Part shown: positions 47,474-59,880 of the stretch, piece after piece
Layout of the letters: the number at the start of each line of letters is the position of its first letter
Numbering within the stretch: position 1 is the first letter of the stretch
From: Felis catus
Lineage: Eukaryota
Direction of reading: 5' to 3'
Length of the DNA: 60,000 nt
Assembly (NCBI RefSeq): GCF_018350175.1
Contig: NC_058383.1
Span: 11,906,001-11,966,000, forward strand
Translations under genes and position numbers: made by a program
Notes under the pieces: generated by a model
Database searches by the model: none
Told to the model about the DNA's origin: nothing
Seen by the model: the letters and a program-made list of their open reading frames with translations, nothing else

Positions 47474-49059
47474 TCTAACAAGACACTTCTTGAGTGACGG
47501 CTGCCATTTTTAATGGTGAGCATCTGCCCCCCATTTGTCAACATTTCCTCCCTATCTCTTGTGCCACAGAGGAGGGACCTGAAGCACAGAGAATGTATGT
47601 AAGTTGCCCAAGATGGAGGCAGCTAACAAAGGTCAAGTGTCCAAAGCCTGAATTATTCTGTTCCCTGTAAGATGTTCCCTCTTTACTTTGTCAAGAGGGA
47701 ATACAAGGCATAGTGAGGCAGGAAGGGACCAAAGAACAAAACCTAATCAGTGGCCCCAGGACCTTGGAATTTATTGTTGTGCATGGACTCCTATGTTTTT
47801 GAATAGGCTCATGGGAGGGAGCCACACAAACCCCTACCTGAGACGCCTGTATTTCTCACTATGGACCTCTTCTTTACGGTTCTCTTGGTGTCTCCACCAC
47901 AGGCAAATCTTCCATGTGATTCTCAGGAGTCAGCACAGCCAAGCAGCCCTGGTCAGCCCGCCCACCTCTCCCTTCTCCCTCCTGTGTATGACCTTCCTAT
48001 ACATTGACGCTTGTTGTTGGGTGATAACAACAAGCGTTGGGTGACGCTTGTTGTTGGGTGTCTCTAAACCCACGCTCTACGCATTGCCATGCAAAGCGAC
48101 AAAAAGACCCGCTTTTTCAAGGGTCACTGAGTGGCTAAATTAGTACAAATGTTCCACTACTCTCGCAAGGCAGGCATGGTTTTTATCAGTCACCGTCCTC
48201 AGTGGACTGTTAACTTTGAAGACAGGACAGAATAAGAACAACCATGGAAGACGGGGTTCCCCAAGTTTTTCTCCCTTCCTGTTCCATCCGCTTCGTGACC
48301 AAGTGAGTAGAAAAGTGGCCAGTGGGGGCCTGGGGACAAGACAGAAACAGCAAGAGAACTCGGAATCCATGAAAGAAGCAGGATGCTACCAGATTCTCAT
48401 CTGCTGGGCTCGTTCACTTCTGCTCCACACAAGCCAAAGGCTTCTGCTTTCTCCTCGTCAGGGGAACAAACTGGCCATCACCAAGTCTGCCCATGAAACC
48501 CCAGAGGAATCCGAATGAAATAAAAAGAATGGCCGCTCAAACAGAGGGAAGGAACGTGGGAGGGGGTCACTGTCATTGGTGGTCGAGAGATCGCAAGACA
48601 CCGCAAGAAGACAAAAGCCCGATGAAGGTGTGTTGATGGATAAAAGGGAAGGCCCTTAGCTCAGAATAGGCTAAGGAAGGGATATAATGGCGGAGAAGCT
48701 GGTCTTCTGAGAAGAGCTTGGGACAGACTCTAGACCAGAGGTCTGGGAGAATAGAGGCGGGCAGAAACAGAGGGAGCAGAGGCAAAGAACTTCACTGAAC
48801 AGTGGTTTGTCCTCAGAACAGCTAGGCCGTTAACCCTTCCCTCGACGCCCGTCCTTATGGAACGGAACGGAGAACTGCGAGATGTCCTGGGACAGAAGCC
48901 GAGAAGCAGCTGGATTGAGATAGAAAAGGCAGTTTGGGAGGATCCAGGAAGTGTGTTTGCAGTAAAGAAACCGGGTGCTTTTATAAGTGGAATCGTGGAC
49001 AGACTGTGCAAGTTTTGAGGACGTGGGGAAGACACAGTATTGTTTTATCAGCAGACAAG

Positions 49060-49192
49060 AGGGAAGGAGGGAGGGAGGGAGGGAGGGAGGGAGGGAGGGA
49101 GAGGGGGATGGGGGAAGGAAGGAAAGGAAAGTAGGAAGAAAGGAGAAGAAGGAAGGAAGGAAGGAAGGAAGGAAGGAAGGAAGGAAGGAAGG
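49060..49192. repeat. (GGGA)n/(GGAA)n polypurine repeat
   Basis: Directly visible. Confidence 0.95.
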
Positions 49193-49707
49193 ACCTCCAA
49201 TTGGGGGAAAGAAACTCAGGATCCAAATATAAAGCAAAATAAAATGGAAATGTTTCTGAGTCATTAACAGAGTATCCAAAAAAAAAAAAAAAGAGAGAGA
49301 AATTCTACTCAATCTACACATTAGAAATCTTTTCTCTGGAGTGGGTATTATTCCCAAGAAGACAATATAATCCTGGTATCCACCATGGCTCTGTAGACCA
49401 AAGATTTCACATAGTTACGTCAGGGTGAATTGTTTTTTCAAGTTTTAGAATGAATCTATAGGAAAAGTTAACAAGCCCTCATTTGGGTCGTGGAACACCA
49501 TGACTGCGTTTTCAGTGTTGATCTCAGACAAGTGATGTTAAGCTGGCAGGTGGGAGAATGGAGGCAGGGAGGCGGGAAGGAGAGGAAGCGGTGAAAAGGC
49601 CAACATGGGTAAAAGACTCCACTTCGATGGCGTGAAGTCAGGCATCTGCTAATGTTTATTTAAGAAGCATCAGAAGTTTAAATATACTATTTAAAATGGT
49701 AAGCACT

Positions 49708-49972
49708 GGGGCATCTGGATGGCTCAGTCGGTTAAGCATCAGACTTCGGCTCGGGTCATGATCTCGCGGTGGGTGAGTTCAAACCCTGCGTCGGGTGAGC
49801 ACCAGGCCCGCTTTGGTGCTTCTCTCTCTCTGCCCCTTGTGGGATTCTCTCTCTCTTTCCCCATCTCTCTCTCTCACTGTCCTTCGCTCGCTTGTGCCCT
49901 CTCTCTCAAAATAATAATAGGATAGAATAGGATAGAATAGAATAGAATAGAATAGAATAAAATAAAATAAAA
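49708..49972 (+). mobile_element. Can-SINE variant (distinct body) with (AATAG)n tail
   Basis: GGGGCATCTGGATGGCTCAGTCGGTT head; body GTCGGGTGAGCACCAGGCCCGCTTTGG; tail GATAG/AATAG/AATAA pentamers. Confidence 0.9.
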
Positions 49973-49998
49973 CTGTGAGCATCACCGCGGGGAAAAAA

Positions 49999-50241
49999 AT
50001 CCAAATCATATAAATATTCTGAATATAAAATATTCTGAATATAAAAATTCAGATCATATAAATCCAAATCATATAAATATTCTGAATATACAATATTCTG
50101 AATATAAAAATTCAGATCATATAAATCCAAATCATATAAATATTCTGAATATACAATATTCTGAATATAAAAATTCAGATCATATAAATCCAAATCATAT
50201 AAATATTCTGAATATAAAATATTCTGAATATAAAAATTCAG
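49999..50241. repeat. 63-bp AT-rich tandem repeat, about 3.8 copies
   Basis: CCAAATC recurs at 50001, 50064, 50127 and 50190. Confidence 0.97.
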
Positions 50242-50484
50242 GACTGAAGAGGTTCTTGCTGTATTCTACGTAGCGTAAATACCGTGACCCTGGGAGTAGG
50301 GTAAGTTCCTCTTTTACGTTATCAATCAGTATATATGCTTTACAAACAATAAATTATGAAACACTACCATAAGCATGTTATCTGGAAGCGAGAGAAAAAC
50401 AGAAGGACTCGAAAGTTCTAGCTTCTGTGGCTGAGAATGGGGATCAGAAGGAGAAGGCGGTTACTTTTTCGCTAAAGAACTTTT

Positions 50485-50712
50485 GGGGCGCCTGGGTGGC
50501 GCAGTCGGTTAGGCGTCCGACTTCAGCCAGGTCACGATCTCGCGGTCCGGGAGTTCGAGCCCCGCGTCAGGCTCTGGGCTGATGGCTCAGAGCCTGGAGC
50601 CTGTTTCCGATTCTGTGTCTCCGTCTCTCTCTGCCCCTCCCCCGTTCATGCTCTGTCTCTCTCTGTCCCAAAAATAAATAAACGTTGAAAAAAAAAATTA
50701 AAAAAAAAAAAA
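50485..50712 (+). mobile_element. Young feline SINE
   Basis: CpG-rich, long A tail, perfect TSD AAAGAACTTTT (50474-50484 / 50713-50723). Confidence 0.98.
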
Positions 50713-51449
50713 AAAGAACTTTTGACCTCTGATTTTTTTTTTTTTACATAGGCACCTACTAATGTGATTAAAACCTGCATGAAAAAAAAATTCAAAGATC
50801 CTCCTGGCAAATGAACAAAAAGTTCAAGAATTACATTTTCTCCTGGGAAATTGTGAATCTCCTCAAGATGACAGATTGATGTGCTTCCGACCAAATGTGA
50901 GTCTTAAAATTTTGCACGTGGCTCCAATTTGTGTAAATTCGGAAAAACGCAGCAGTGACTGTCATGCTTTACTCCTAGCATGTATGGGTCACGTGTTTTT
51001 CTGGAGACATCTTCATTGAAGGTCTAAGGCACGCTGCAGACAGCTTCTCAAATAACCCTCCGTCTCATCTCGCTCATGAAGCGTACCTAGAGCCCATCAC
51101 TTCAGAGAAATTCATCTTCCTGTGACTGTTCTTTTTCCATGTAAGCTGCCGACCTTCAGACACCATATGAGTTCATGTTGCCCAGAAGTTTCCCATTCTG
51201 CCTGTCAATTCCCCTCCTTCCTGCTCCCTGTGATTGTCCCCTACTGGCCATTCTTATCTGCTACGGTCATTGGCGGGGCCGTCTTGTATTCTCCGTCTTA
51301 CTTTTACTTCTCCTGGGACCTATCGGGTAGTGCCTTCAAAACTACACTGATGGCAAAGAAGGAAGCCAGCTGGGAACTCAAGTAAAAATTTACCCCTTGC
51401 AAGTGGTCGATCGTATGGGAGAAGAATATACAAAGTCCAGAGAACCTAC

Positions 51450-51655
51450 ATCTATGGCACATTCCCGACACTATGCTGGGTGTTCCATATGAACGATCCA
51501 CTGACTTCCCACGAGCGGCTCATGACAAGGGTGTCGTGTTCTCTCCATTACGGATCAGAAACTGAGCTTCGTTAGAAGTTAGGCACTTGCCCTGGTCACG
51601 CTGTTAGCATGGGGCAATGCCAAATTTGAACGTAAGTCTGTGTGGCTTCCAGTGT
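51450..51655 (-). mobile_element. MIR
   Basis: CTCCATTACGGATCAGAAACTGAG...GAAGTTAGGCACTTGCCCTGGTCAC...ATTTGAACGTAAGTCTGTGTGGCTTCCAG. Confidence 0.7.
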
Positions 51656-52159
51656 CTTTGAAAAATATAAATCAGAGTGTAATTTCACTGTGGCTAGCTT
51701 TCCCCGTAAGACAAGTTACGCTGAATGACAAAATGGGGATCAAGAGAGCTGTATTCCAACCAGCTGGCTTACAGGCAATCAGGAACTTGGAGTTGGTGCC
51801 ATGTGTTGGCCTCCGGAAACAATCATCACGATTGAGGATCCAGGGATATTGGCTTTCATTTGGGTCCTAAGACCAACGAGCTCTCTGGACTTGCATTTTC
51901 TCATTTATAAAATAAAACGTTTCTCACCGGCTGATTACTAAACTCTCCTCCAACCCTGAAGAATCCGCAGACTCGAAAGAGAGGAGGCTCATTAAAGTTA
52001 TTGTCTCATTCGGATATCGTGCAAATCACTGTGGGGAGTGAGGTGGAAAAATGGGTCTCAGGTTCAACAGCAAGGTAGTAATTGAACTAAAAAGAAAACC
52101 CTCATACGCTAACACTTACCTTGTTAATGTCCAGGGTGGAATGGAGTTAAAGTACTGTA

Positions 52160-52619
52160 CTGCCAGTCATCAGCTCGGGCCGCCGGGACCGAAAAACGCA
52201 CAGACTGAGAGACGTAAGCAACAGCAATGTATTTCTTACGGTTCTGGAGGCTGAGCGATCGAGAGCAAGGAGCCCTCAAGGTAAGTCGCAGCCTGAGGCT
52301 TCTTCTCTTAGCCTGTCGGTAACCACCATTTCACAGTGTGGTCCTGTGATGTCTTCTTTGTGCATACGCAGAGAGAAAGGGAGAAAGACAGAGAGAGGGA
52401 GGGAAGGGCAGAGGAAGGGAGCAGAAGACAGTGTGCTCTCTGTGTTCTGTTCTAAAAATGACACTAATTCTAATCTTCCAAGATCGGGGTTCCAGCCTTA
52501 GGACCTCAGGGGACCTTAGTTACTTCCTCAGAGGCCCCATCTCCAAAGACGGCCCCAGCACAAGGGCTAGGGTTTTAACGTACACGTTGTAGGGGGTCAC
52601 AGACATCAATCCCATCGCA
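52160..52619 (-). mobile_element. MaLR LTR (MLT1A-like)
   Basis: GCAACAGCAATGTATTTCTTACGGTTCTGGAGGCTG; TTACTTCCTCAGAGGCCCCATCTCCAAA; GGGGGTCACAGACATCAATCCCATCGCA. Confidence 0.85.
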
Positions 52620-54959
52620 TGGAGAATCAGAAAATAATGGCGTGAGTGCACGAGATTTGAATTGCCAAGTTATTTCCCCCAAGAGGAGTAAAGAAACTAC
52701 CCCAGGAAGAGCAATACGTTGGAAATAATGCGGAGCACGGCTTTCTCAAACTTCAGCATGAATCAGAATCACCTGGAGGGCCTGCTTAGCTAGAAAGTTT
52801 AGCTGTGAAATTGGTTTTCAAATTACCTGTGAACAGGGCAAAAAGGAAAGCATGCCAGCTATATACCTTCCATTGTCGCTAAGGACATTTCATATAAATC
52901 TCTTAGGGGAGCTACGTTTTTGCCATCAATTAATTCTAAAATAAATTGATCATCGCTGCGACAATGAGGAATAAGTAGATGATGCTTGGAACAAAACCTG
53001 GACAGGAAATAATAAAGCTATTTCTCAATAGCATCTCTCCATAAAAGTTGAGGCTATAATGTCGAAACCAACTCAAGAAAATCAGTATTCTGGGCCTATG
53101 GATGACAGACTGTCTCAAAATAAATATAATTTTGTTTCTTCCAAATGCCTAGGGTAATTACAGTTGGGTCAACACAACATTGTCCAACAAAAACCCTTAG
53201 GGGACCTGCTTTAATGAGGAGGTAACACGTCTGTGATAAGCATGACTTTAAAAAAGGAATAAGAAGAAGAAAGCACTTCTGGAGAGCACGAAGAGTTGGG
53301 TTTTTTCCTAAGTAGTTTAATCATTCTCCTGGGGTTTGTGTTTATATAATTAATTTGCTGAGCAACACTTTTTTTTTGGTAGGCCAGTCGGTTTTATCTG
53401 GAAATAGGGATGCTAATGAGAGGAGACAGGCTGCATGTATCAGACTCAGAAATCCTATGTTCCATAGCTTCTATGTCTATGTTACGCAACCGGCCTCTGA
53501 TGCCTGTCTTTACGGTGTGGCTGAAGGCCTGGTTGACAAAATATCCGCGAGAGTTTGCTCTAAGATAAGTAAGGTAACGGACTGCAGTGAAAGGGCAGAA
53601 TTCTCTGGGCCCAAGGCTTGTCCATAACAGTAGTTAAAAATGTTTCCAGACATGTGTTTTGTGCTATCCTGGACACTACATCGTGTCTGTTCTCTGAGCC
53701 AACGGAGATGTGCGGATGGGGGGGGGGAGGAGAAAAAAAACAAACAAAGAGAAAACAATAACAACGTTTCATTGTGTCTGACTTATGGATTTGTTCTACT
53801 CTGGGAGTCTAAGAGGAGCTCTTTCTGACAAGGGGCGCGACTGATTAGAAAGCAATGAACTATGGAAAAGAATCCAAAGCTACTGAGAGTAGGTCCCCAC
53901 CGAACTGAAACTCGTAGGACTTGTATGAAGTGTCCTCTTGCTGTCAGCCACACAAAAGGCGGTTGCCTCCCTGTTGTCGTGCTCTGGACCTCTTAGGAGC
54001 CGGGACAGAGAGCCAAGACACCGGCAAAAGGAGTGGGCATGTCTCTGTGCTTGGCAGTTATGTCACCCACCTATTTCAAGTAGTGTCGTCTATATAAAGC
54101 CAAGGGAGTGGGGCGTGTGGTATTACCACCTTCCCAGGAGCGATATTTGTATCTCCTTTGCTTCTACTAAGCGACTAAACCTAATTTAGTCACCGAAATC
54201 AAAAGTGTTCACGGGTTACATCCGCCTCCCCTTGAGGCAGACTGGCCACAAAGATTTCTGAACGAGCTCCAAAATCACGCACGGAATAGCATGGTCTGTC
54301 TTTCCATCAGGGCTGTCTCATTAGGTCACATCAGTGGACATCCAGCTCAGAATCTGTATATATTAATCGCCCTTAACTTCATCAGTCACTCCACAGTCGA
54401 GTCTAGGCTTTGGATCTGTGCTAGCATTTCTTCCTGGCAAGACATCTTTTCATCCATCCACTTATTCAAAAAAGCTGCAACTTCATACTGAGTGAAATAG
54501 AAATCTAAGCCTCCTCTTATTTGTTCTAACTTATTATTTTGCAGTATTTATATTTAAAAGACAGGCAGAGTGCAGAAATAGTTCTAGTTTTCAGGGGTCT
54601 GGTGGGCAATCCGAGCGATCCTTCTCATATCCGTGGGGATTTTGTAGACTTGAATCATGATGTTTCCTTTGGCTTTTCCATCTAGTTCTAATCTGCTCTA
54701 TATTCTTCCCTGAAAGCTTGATACTTAACTGGCAGAAAATCATTCCAGGACTAGTGTTTCAGGGGATCAAAGAAACCCAGATCTGCTAATGTCTCCTTTC
54801 AGTCACCCTTCCTAATCCCCTCTGCCTTCTGGTCGTTTCCCATTTCTATATCTAGGTCAAAGGGACTCCAGGCATCTGCTCTATGCGTAAATGTTAATGG
54901 CATTGAACGGACCACGGGAATCCAATTATGATGCTCTAAGATAGCACTATACAGACACA

Positions 54960-55099
54960 TACCAATATAATCAGAGATCAAACTCTAGCAACATACCTTG
55001 TATGACTTGACACTTTGTAAATTTATTGATTACTTATTTTGTGGTCCAGACTATTGTCTGTCATGGCAAATGTCCTATGTTCACTTGAAAAGAATGTGC
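54960..55099 (-). mobile_element. Antisense L1 ORF2 endonuclease-region fragment
   Basis: The reverse complement CACATTCTTTTCAAGTGAACATAGGACATTTGCCATGACAGAC...AATAAATTTACAAAGTGTCAAGTCATACAA is homologous to sense 56041-56150. Confidence 0.75.
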
Positions 55100-55442
55100 A
55101 CAACAAAGAAGATGAAAACAAATCATAAAAAATTTTTAGTTCTGTCCCAAAGAGGACAGAAAAAAAGAGGGAGAAGGAAGTAAAGAACAGATAGGAAAAA
55201 CAGAAAGAAAAAATGGTGACATGATGGGTTTAAACTAGTTATCAACGATCACATTAAATGTAAATGGTCTAAATATGATTAAAAGACAAAGATTATTAGA
55301 TTTGGGTTTGGGGGAGCCAGATCCAACTGTAAATTGCCTACAAGAGACTCACTTTAAGTAAAAAAGGCATAAATAAAAAGGAAAAGTGACATAACATGGT
55401 AAAATCAAGAGAAAGTTGATCAGAAGAAAGCTACCATAGCTA

Positions 55443-55685
55443 GGGGCACCTGGGTGGCTTGCTTGGTTAAGCGTCTGACTTTGGCTCAGGTCATGATCTT
55501 GTGGTTTGTGGGTTCGAGCCCCACATCAGGCTCTGTGCTGACAGCTCGGAGCCTGGAGCCTGCTTCAGATTCTGTGTCTCCCTCTCTCTCTAACCCTTCC
55601 CATGCTCTGTCTCTCTCTCTCTCTCTCTCAAAAATTAAAAAAAAACATTAAAAATAAATATAATAAACATTAAAAAAATAAACAC
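55443..55685 (+). mobile_element. Feline Can-SINE
   Basis: Full element; TSD AGAAAGCTACCATAGCT / AGAAAGTTAACATAGCT. Confidence 0.95.
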
Positions 55686-56937
55686 AGAAAGTTAACATAG
55701 CTATATTTATCTATGCAGTAAATTTCGAGCAAAAAATATTATCGTGGATAAAGAAACTTATTGCATAGTGATACATGAGGTCAATTCATTGAGAAGACAC
55801 AGGGCAAATATTTTTGCCCTTAATAGTACACCTTCAAAGTACATGATTACAAAAGCTGACCTAATTGCAAGGAGAAATATACAAATCCACAATTATAGGC
55901 AGATAGTTCAATTCCCTTCTCTCCATAATTGATAGAACAAACAACTAAGAACAGTAAGGATATAGAAAACGTGAACAGTACGGTCAAACATCTCGACCTA
56001 ATTAACATTTACAGAAGGCTTCACCCAATAACAGCAGAATACACATTCTTTTTAAGTGCACACAATACAGTCAACAAAATAGACCATATTATGGGCCACA
56101 AAGCAGGTCTTAATAAATTTAGAAGGAGTCAAGTGATACAAACCATGTTCTCTGACCACAGTGAGACTAAGTTAGAAATCCACAGCTAAAAGAACTTCAA
56201 AAAATTCCCCAAATATTTGGAAACTAACCACACCATTCTAAATTACTTAGGACTCCAAAAAATAAACGAACAAATAAAATCAAAACGAAACAACAAAAGG
56301 AAAGAAAAGGGAAAAAAAAGGAAATCAAAGCATTATTGAAGTGAATGAGAATAAAAACACATATCAGAAGATATAAGATGATACAAAAAAACGGTACTCA
56401 CAGGGAGCTTAATAGCATTAAACTTCTATTTTAGAAGAGGAGAAAGATCTCACATCAATACCCTTAACTTCTACCTTAAGAAACTGGAAAAAGAGGAGCG
56501 AATTAAACCTACGTTGCACGCAAGAAAGGAAATAATACAGATCAAGGAGGAAATTGGTAAAGTAAAAACAAGAACAAAAAAAACAGGAAAACAATGGAGA
56601 AAATAAACGAAACAATAAGATGGATCAATATAATTGATAAACCTCTAGACAGACTCAGAGAGATACAAAGACAGAGAGAGAAAGAAAGAAGGAGGGAAGG
56701 AAGGATGAAGAGAGCAGAGGAAAGAAGAAAGAAGGGGAGAGAGAGAGAGAGAGAGAGAGAGAAGACAAATTATCCACGCCATGAATGAAAGAGGTGATAT
56801 CATTCCAGGTTCTACAGATAATAAAAGGGTAGGTCAATAGTTTCGGCAATGTGGGTAACAAGGGCCAATTCTCCAAAAGGTACTCAAGAACAGATAATCT
56901 GAAGAAACCTGTATCTATTATAGACACGGAATTTGTA

Positions 56938-57150
56938 GGGGTGCCTGGGTGGCTCGGTCGGTTAAGCGTCCGACTTCGCTTCAGGTCATGACCTCACGGT
57001 TCGTGGGTTCGAGCCCCGCGTCGGGTTCTGCGCTGACAGCTCAGAGCCTGGAGCCCGCTTTGGATTCTGTGTCTCCCTCTCTCTGTCCCTCCCTTGCTCG
57101 CGCTCTGTCTCTCTCTCTCTCTCAAAAATAAATAAAACATAAAAAAGAAA
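56938..57150 (+). mobile_element. Feline Can-SINE
   Basis: Full element; GGAATTTGTA duplicated on both flanks. Confidence 0.95.
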
Positions 57151-58134
57151 GAAATGGAATTTGTAGTTTAAGTCCTCCCCGCAAAGAAAACTCCAGGCCC
57201 AGATTACTGCAGTGGAAATTCTACCAAACATTTAAGGAGGAAGTAATTCCAACGCAACACAAACTCCTCTAGAAAATTGAGGAGGAGGGATTACCTCCTG
57301 ACTCATTCAATGAGGGTCGTATTATACTTACTTCAAAACCAGATACGGATATTGCCGGAAAGGAAAAGTACGTACCAATGTCCCTTATGAACACTGATGC
57401 AAAAATTCAAAGCCAAATTTTAGCAAATTAAATGTAAAAATAAAAATAAGACCTCAGGAGCAAGTGAAGTTGATCTCAATAGTACGATTTTGGTTTAACA
57501 TTAGCAAGGCAATCAAGATCAATTCACTGTATAATAAAGAAAAAAAAAGAAAGTCATCTGAACATCTAAATAGGCAAAAAAGCATTAAAATAACAGTATC
57601 TACTCTACATTTAAAATACACCTCTCAACAGGAATAGAAGGGAACTTCCTCAATCAAATAAAAACAGGTCCCAAAAAACCCTGCAGATATCGATTACTTG
57701 CTGGTAAAAGGCTAAAAACTTTGCTTCTAAGAGGAGGAACAGACAAAGGTAACTTCTCTCATCATTTCCATACCACATTGGGTTTTGGGTTGTAGCAGGT
57801 GCAATCAGGGAGAAAAAAAAAGAATTAAAATGCATCCAGATTGTAAAGAAAGAAGGTATGATAGTATTTATTCTCCGACCACATGATAGCCTATGTGGAA
57901 AATCCAATGGAATCTACAAAAGATGCTTCTAGATCTAAAAAGTGAAAAATTGCGGAATCTAAGGTCGATATACGACGATACATCATATTTCTATATGAGC
58001 AATCATAACACTGAAATGAAAGAAGCAATACCATTTAAAATAGCATCAAAGTACGAATTATTTAGGAAAACGTAGGACAAAAAGTGTGCGAGGCTTGTAC
58101 ATTGACAGCCACCAAATATTGCCCAGAGAATTTA

Positions 58135-59084
58135 TTTTATTCTTTTACGTATTATTATCTTTTTTAAACAAGCTTTAATGCACTTTGTTTTTCCGGTGCA
58201 AACCTATGGGATGGCCACAGCTGGAGCCTGGGTCCTCTGCATGGACACTCTGGTATGATTTCCCGATGGGGAGACTTGGTGAACAGCCTCTTTCTGAAGA
58301 TCAGGGGTGAGAGAGCTGTAGGTCTTGGAAACAGTATCAAAGTGGCTTTGGTGAAGTTTCCCTGGGGGGGGCGGGCAGTACAGCCCCCTCTGGCTGCGGT
58401 GCAGACATCGTCAATACCAGCCAACATCAGTAGTTTCTCAGGCACAGGGGTTCAGGCAATGCCAGTGCCTCCGGGGGCAGGGATGAGGCACACCAGGACA
58501 GAGCCACAGTGGCCGGTCACCTTGCACGGGACAGCATGGGGTCTTGCCAATCTTGATCCCCCAGTAGCCTCACCGCACGGGGAAGACGGAAAGCTTGGCC
58601 AGGATCACGGCCCCACGGATGGCAGTGGCTACCTCCTTGGAGCACTTAACACCCAGACCGACGTGCCCATTGTCATCTCCAATGGCAGCAAATGACTTCA
58701 ACCTGGTCAGCTGGCCAGCGCGGGTTTGGTTTTGCACAGGCATCATCTTCAAAACCTCGTCCTTGAGGGACACCCCCAGGAAAAAGTCGACGATCTCAGA
58801 TTCCTTGATGGGCAGGGAGAAGAGATCGATCTCCTCCAGGGACTTGACATTCACGTCCTCGACCAGACGGCCCAGCTTGGTGTTGGGCATCGACTCTTTG
58901 TCCTCGGCCTTGCCTCCGCGAGGTCCCAGGCCCTGGCCCCGGCCCCTGCCCTGACCCCAGCCACAGCCCCGGCCCAGGATGCCTCTACGGAAGCCTCCGC
59001 GGAAGCCGCCGAGGCCTCCCATTCCAGGGTCCCCGGGGCCCACTGGTGTCATCTGCCATTTCCTGTTTTCTCGGAGAAACACCA
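58135..59084 (-). pseudogene. RPS2: Processed pseudogene of 40S ribosomal protein S2 (uS5)
   Basis: Translation [94 protein letters not shown] is RPS2-like; intronless; native ATGGCAGATGAC at 59059 is out of frame with the body; premature TGA at 58572-58570; native stop at 58206-58204 after QAPAVA; decayed polyA; TSD AGAGAATTTA (58125-58134 / 59085-59094). Confidence 0.97.
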
Positions 59085-59303
59085 AGAGAATTTAAAAAAG
59101 AAATAGGTAAATGGAAAGTTATATCGTAAAAAATCTAAAGCTGTAAAGTTTTTAGAACGAAACGTAAGACAAAATATTTTTAATTTTGCACCCCATATCT
59201 TAGATAGGACCCTAAAAGCATGATCCGTTAAAAGAAAAGGAAATGGATAAATCGGAGTTCATACAAACTGAAACATTTTGCTCTTCAAAAGACACCAATG
59301 AAA

Positions 59304-59535
59304 GGGGCCCCTGGGTGGCCCAGTTGGTTCGGTTCAGGTCATGATCTCGCCGTCTGTGCATTCGAGCTCTGCCTCGGGCTGTGTGCTGTCAGCTCAGAGC
59401 CTGGAGCTCTGATTCTGTGTGCCTTACTTTCTCTCTGCACCTCCCTCCCTCTCTCTGTGCACCTCCCTCACTCTCTGCACCTCCCTTGATCTCACTCTGT
59501 CTCTCTCTCAAAAATAAATAAACGTTAAGAAAAAA
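59304..59535 (+). mobile_element. Divergent Can-SINE
   Basis: GGGGCCCCTGGGTGGCCCAGTTGGTT head with an internal deletion, CT tract, CTCAAAAATAAATAAACGTT tail. Confidence 0.9.
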
Positions 59536-59589
59536 GTGAAAATAAAATCCACAAGCCATGAAGTAGGAGAAAATATTTTTCTAACCAAA

Positions 59590-59880
59590 TATGTAATATT
59601 TATATCATGTATATTTATTTGTATATAAATATAAATTTATATTGAATATAATATATATTATATAATACATATATTATATATAGTGGATTATAATAATAAA
59701 ATATATAATATATAACATATAATATATAATACAATATATAATTAAATATAAACAAAATATATACAAAATATATATATATTATAATATATAATATCATTAC
59801 ATAGTATATAATATATAATATAATATAATATAATATAATATAATATAATATAATATAAACAGATGTATATATAAGATAAA
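59590..59880. repeat. AT-rich low-complexity tract including (ATATA)n
   Basis: Directly visible. Confidence 0.92.

Noticed and set aside
49906..50241. CRISPR-like or coding interpretation of the 63-bp repeat (95-aa ORF)
   Set aside because: Whole units are identical with no variable spacer; the ORF results from a period divisible by 3
58570..59085. 171-aa ORF as a functional RPS2 gene
   Set aside because: Starts at a non-ATG codon, the true ATG is out of frame, there is a premature stop, further frameshifts, polyA and a TSD
59430..59490. Triplicated CTCT(G/C)TGCACCTCCCT motif
   Set aside because: Slippage within a SINE CT tract; ordinary
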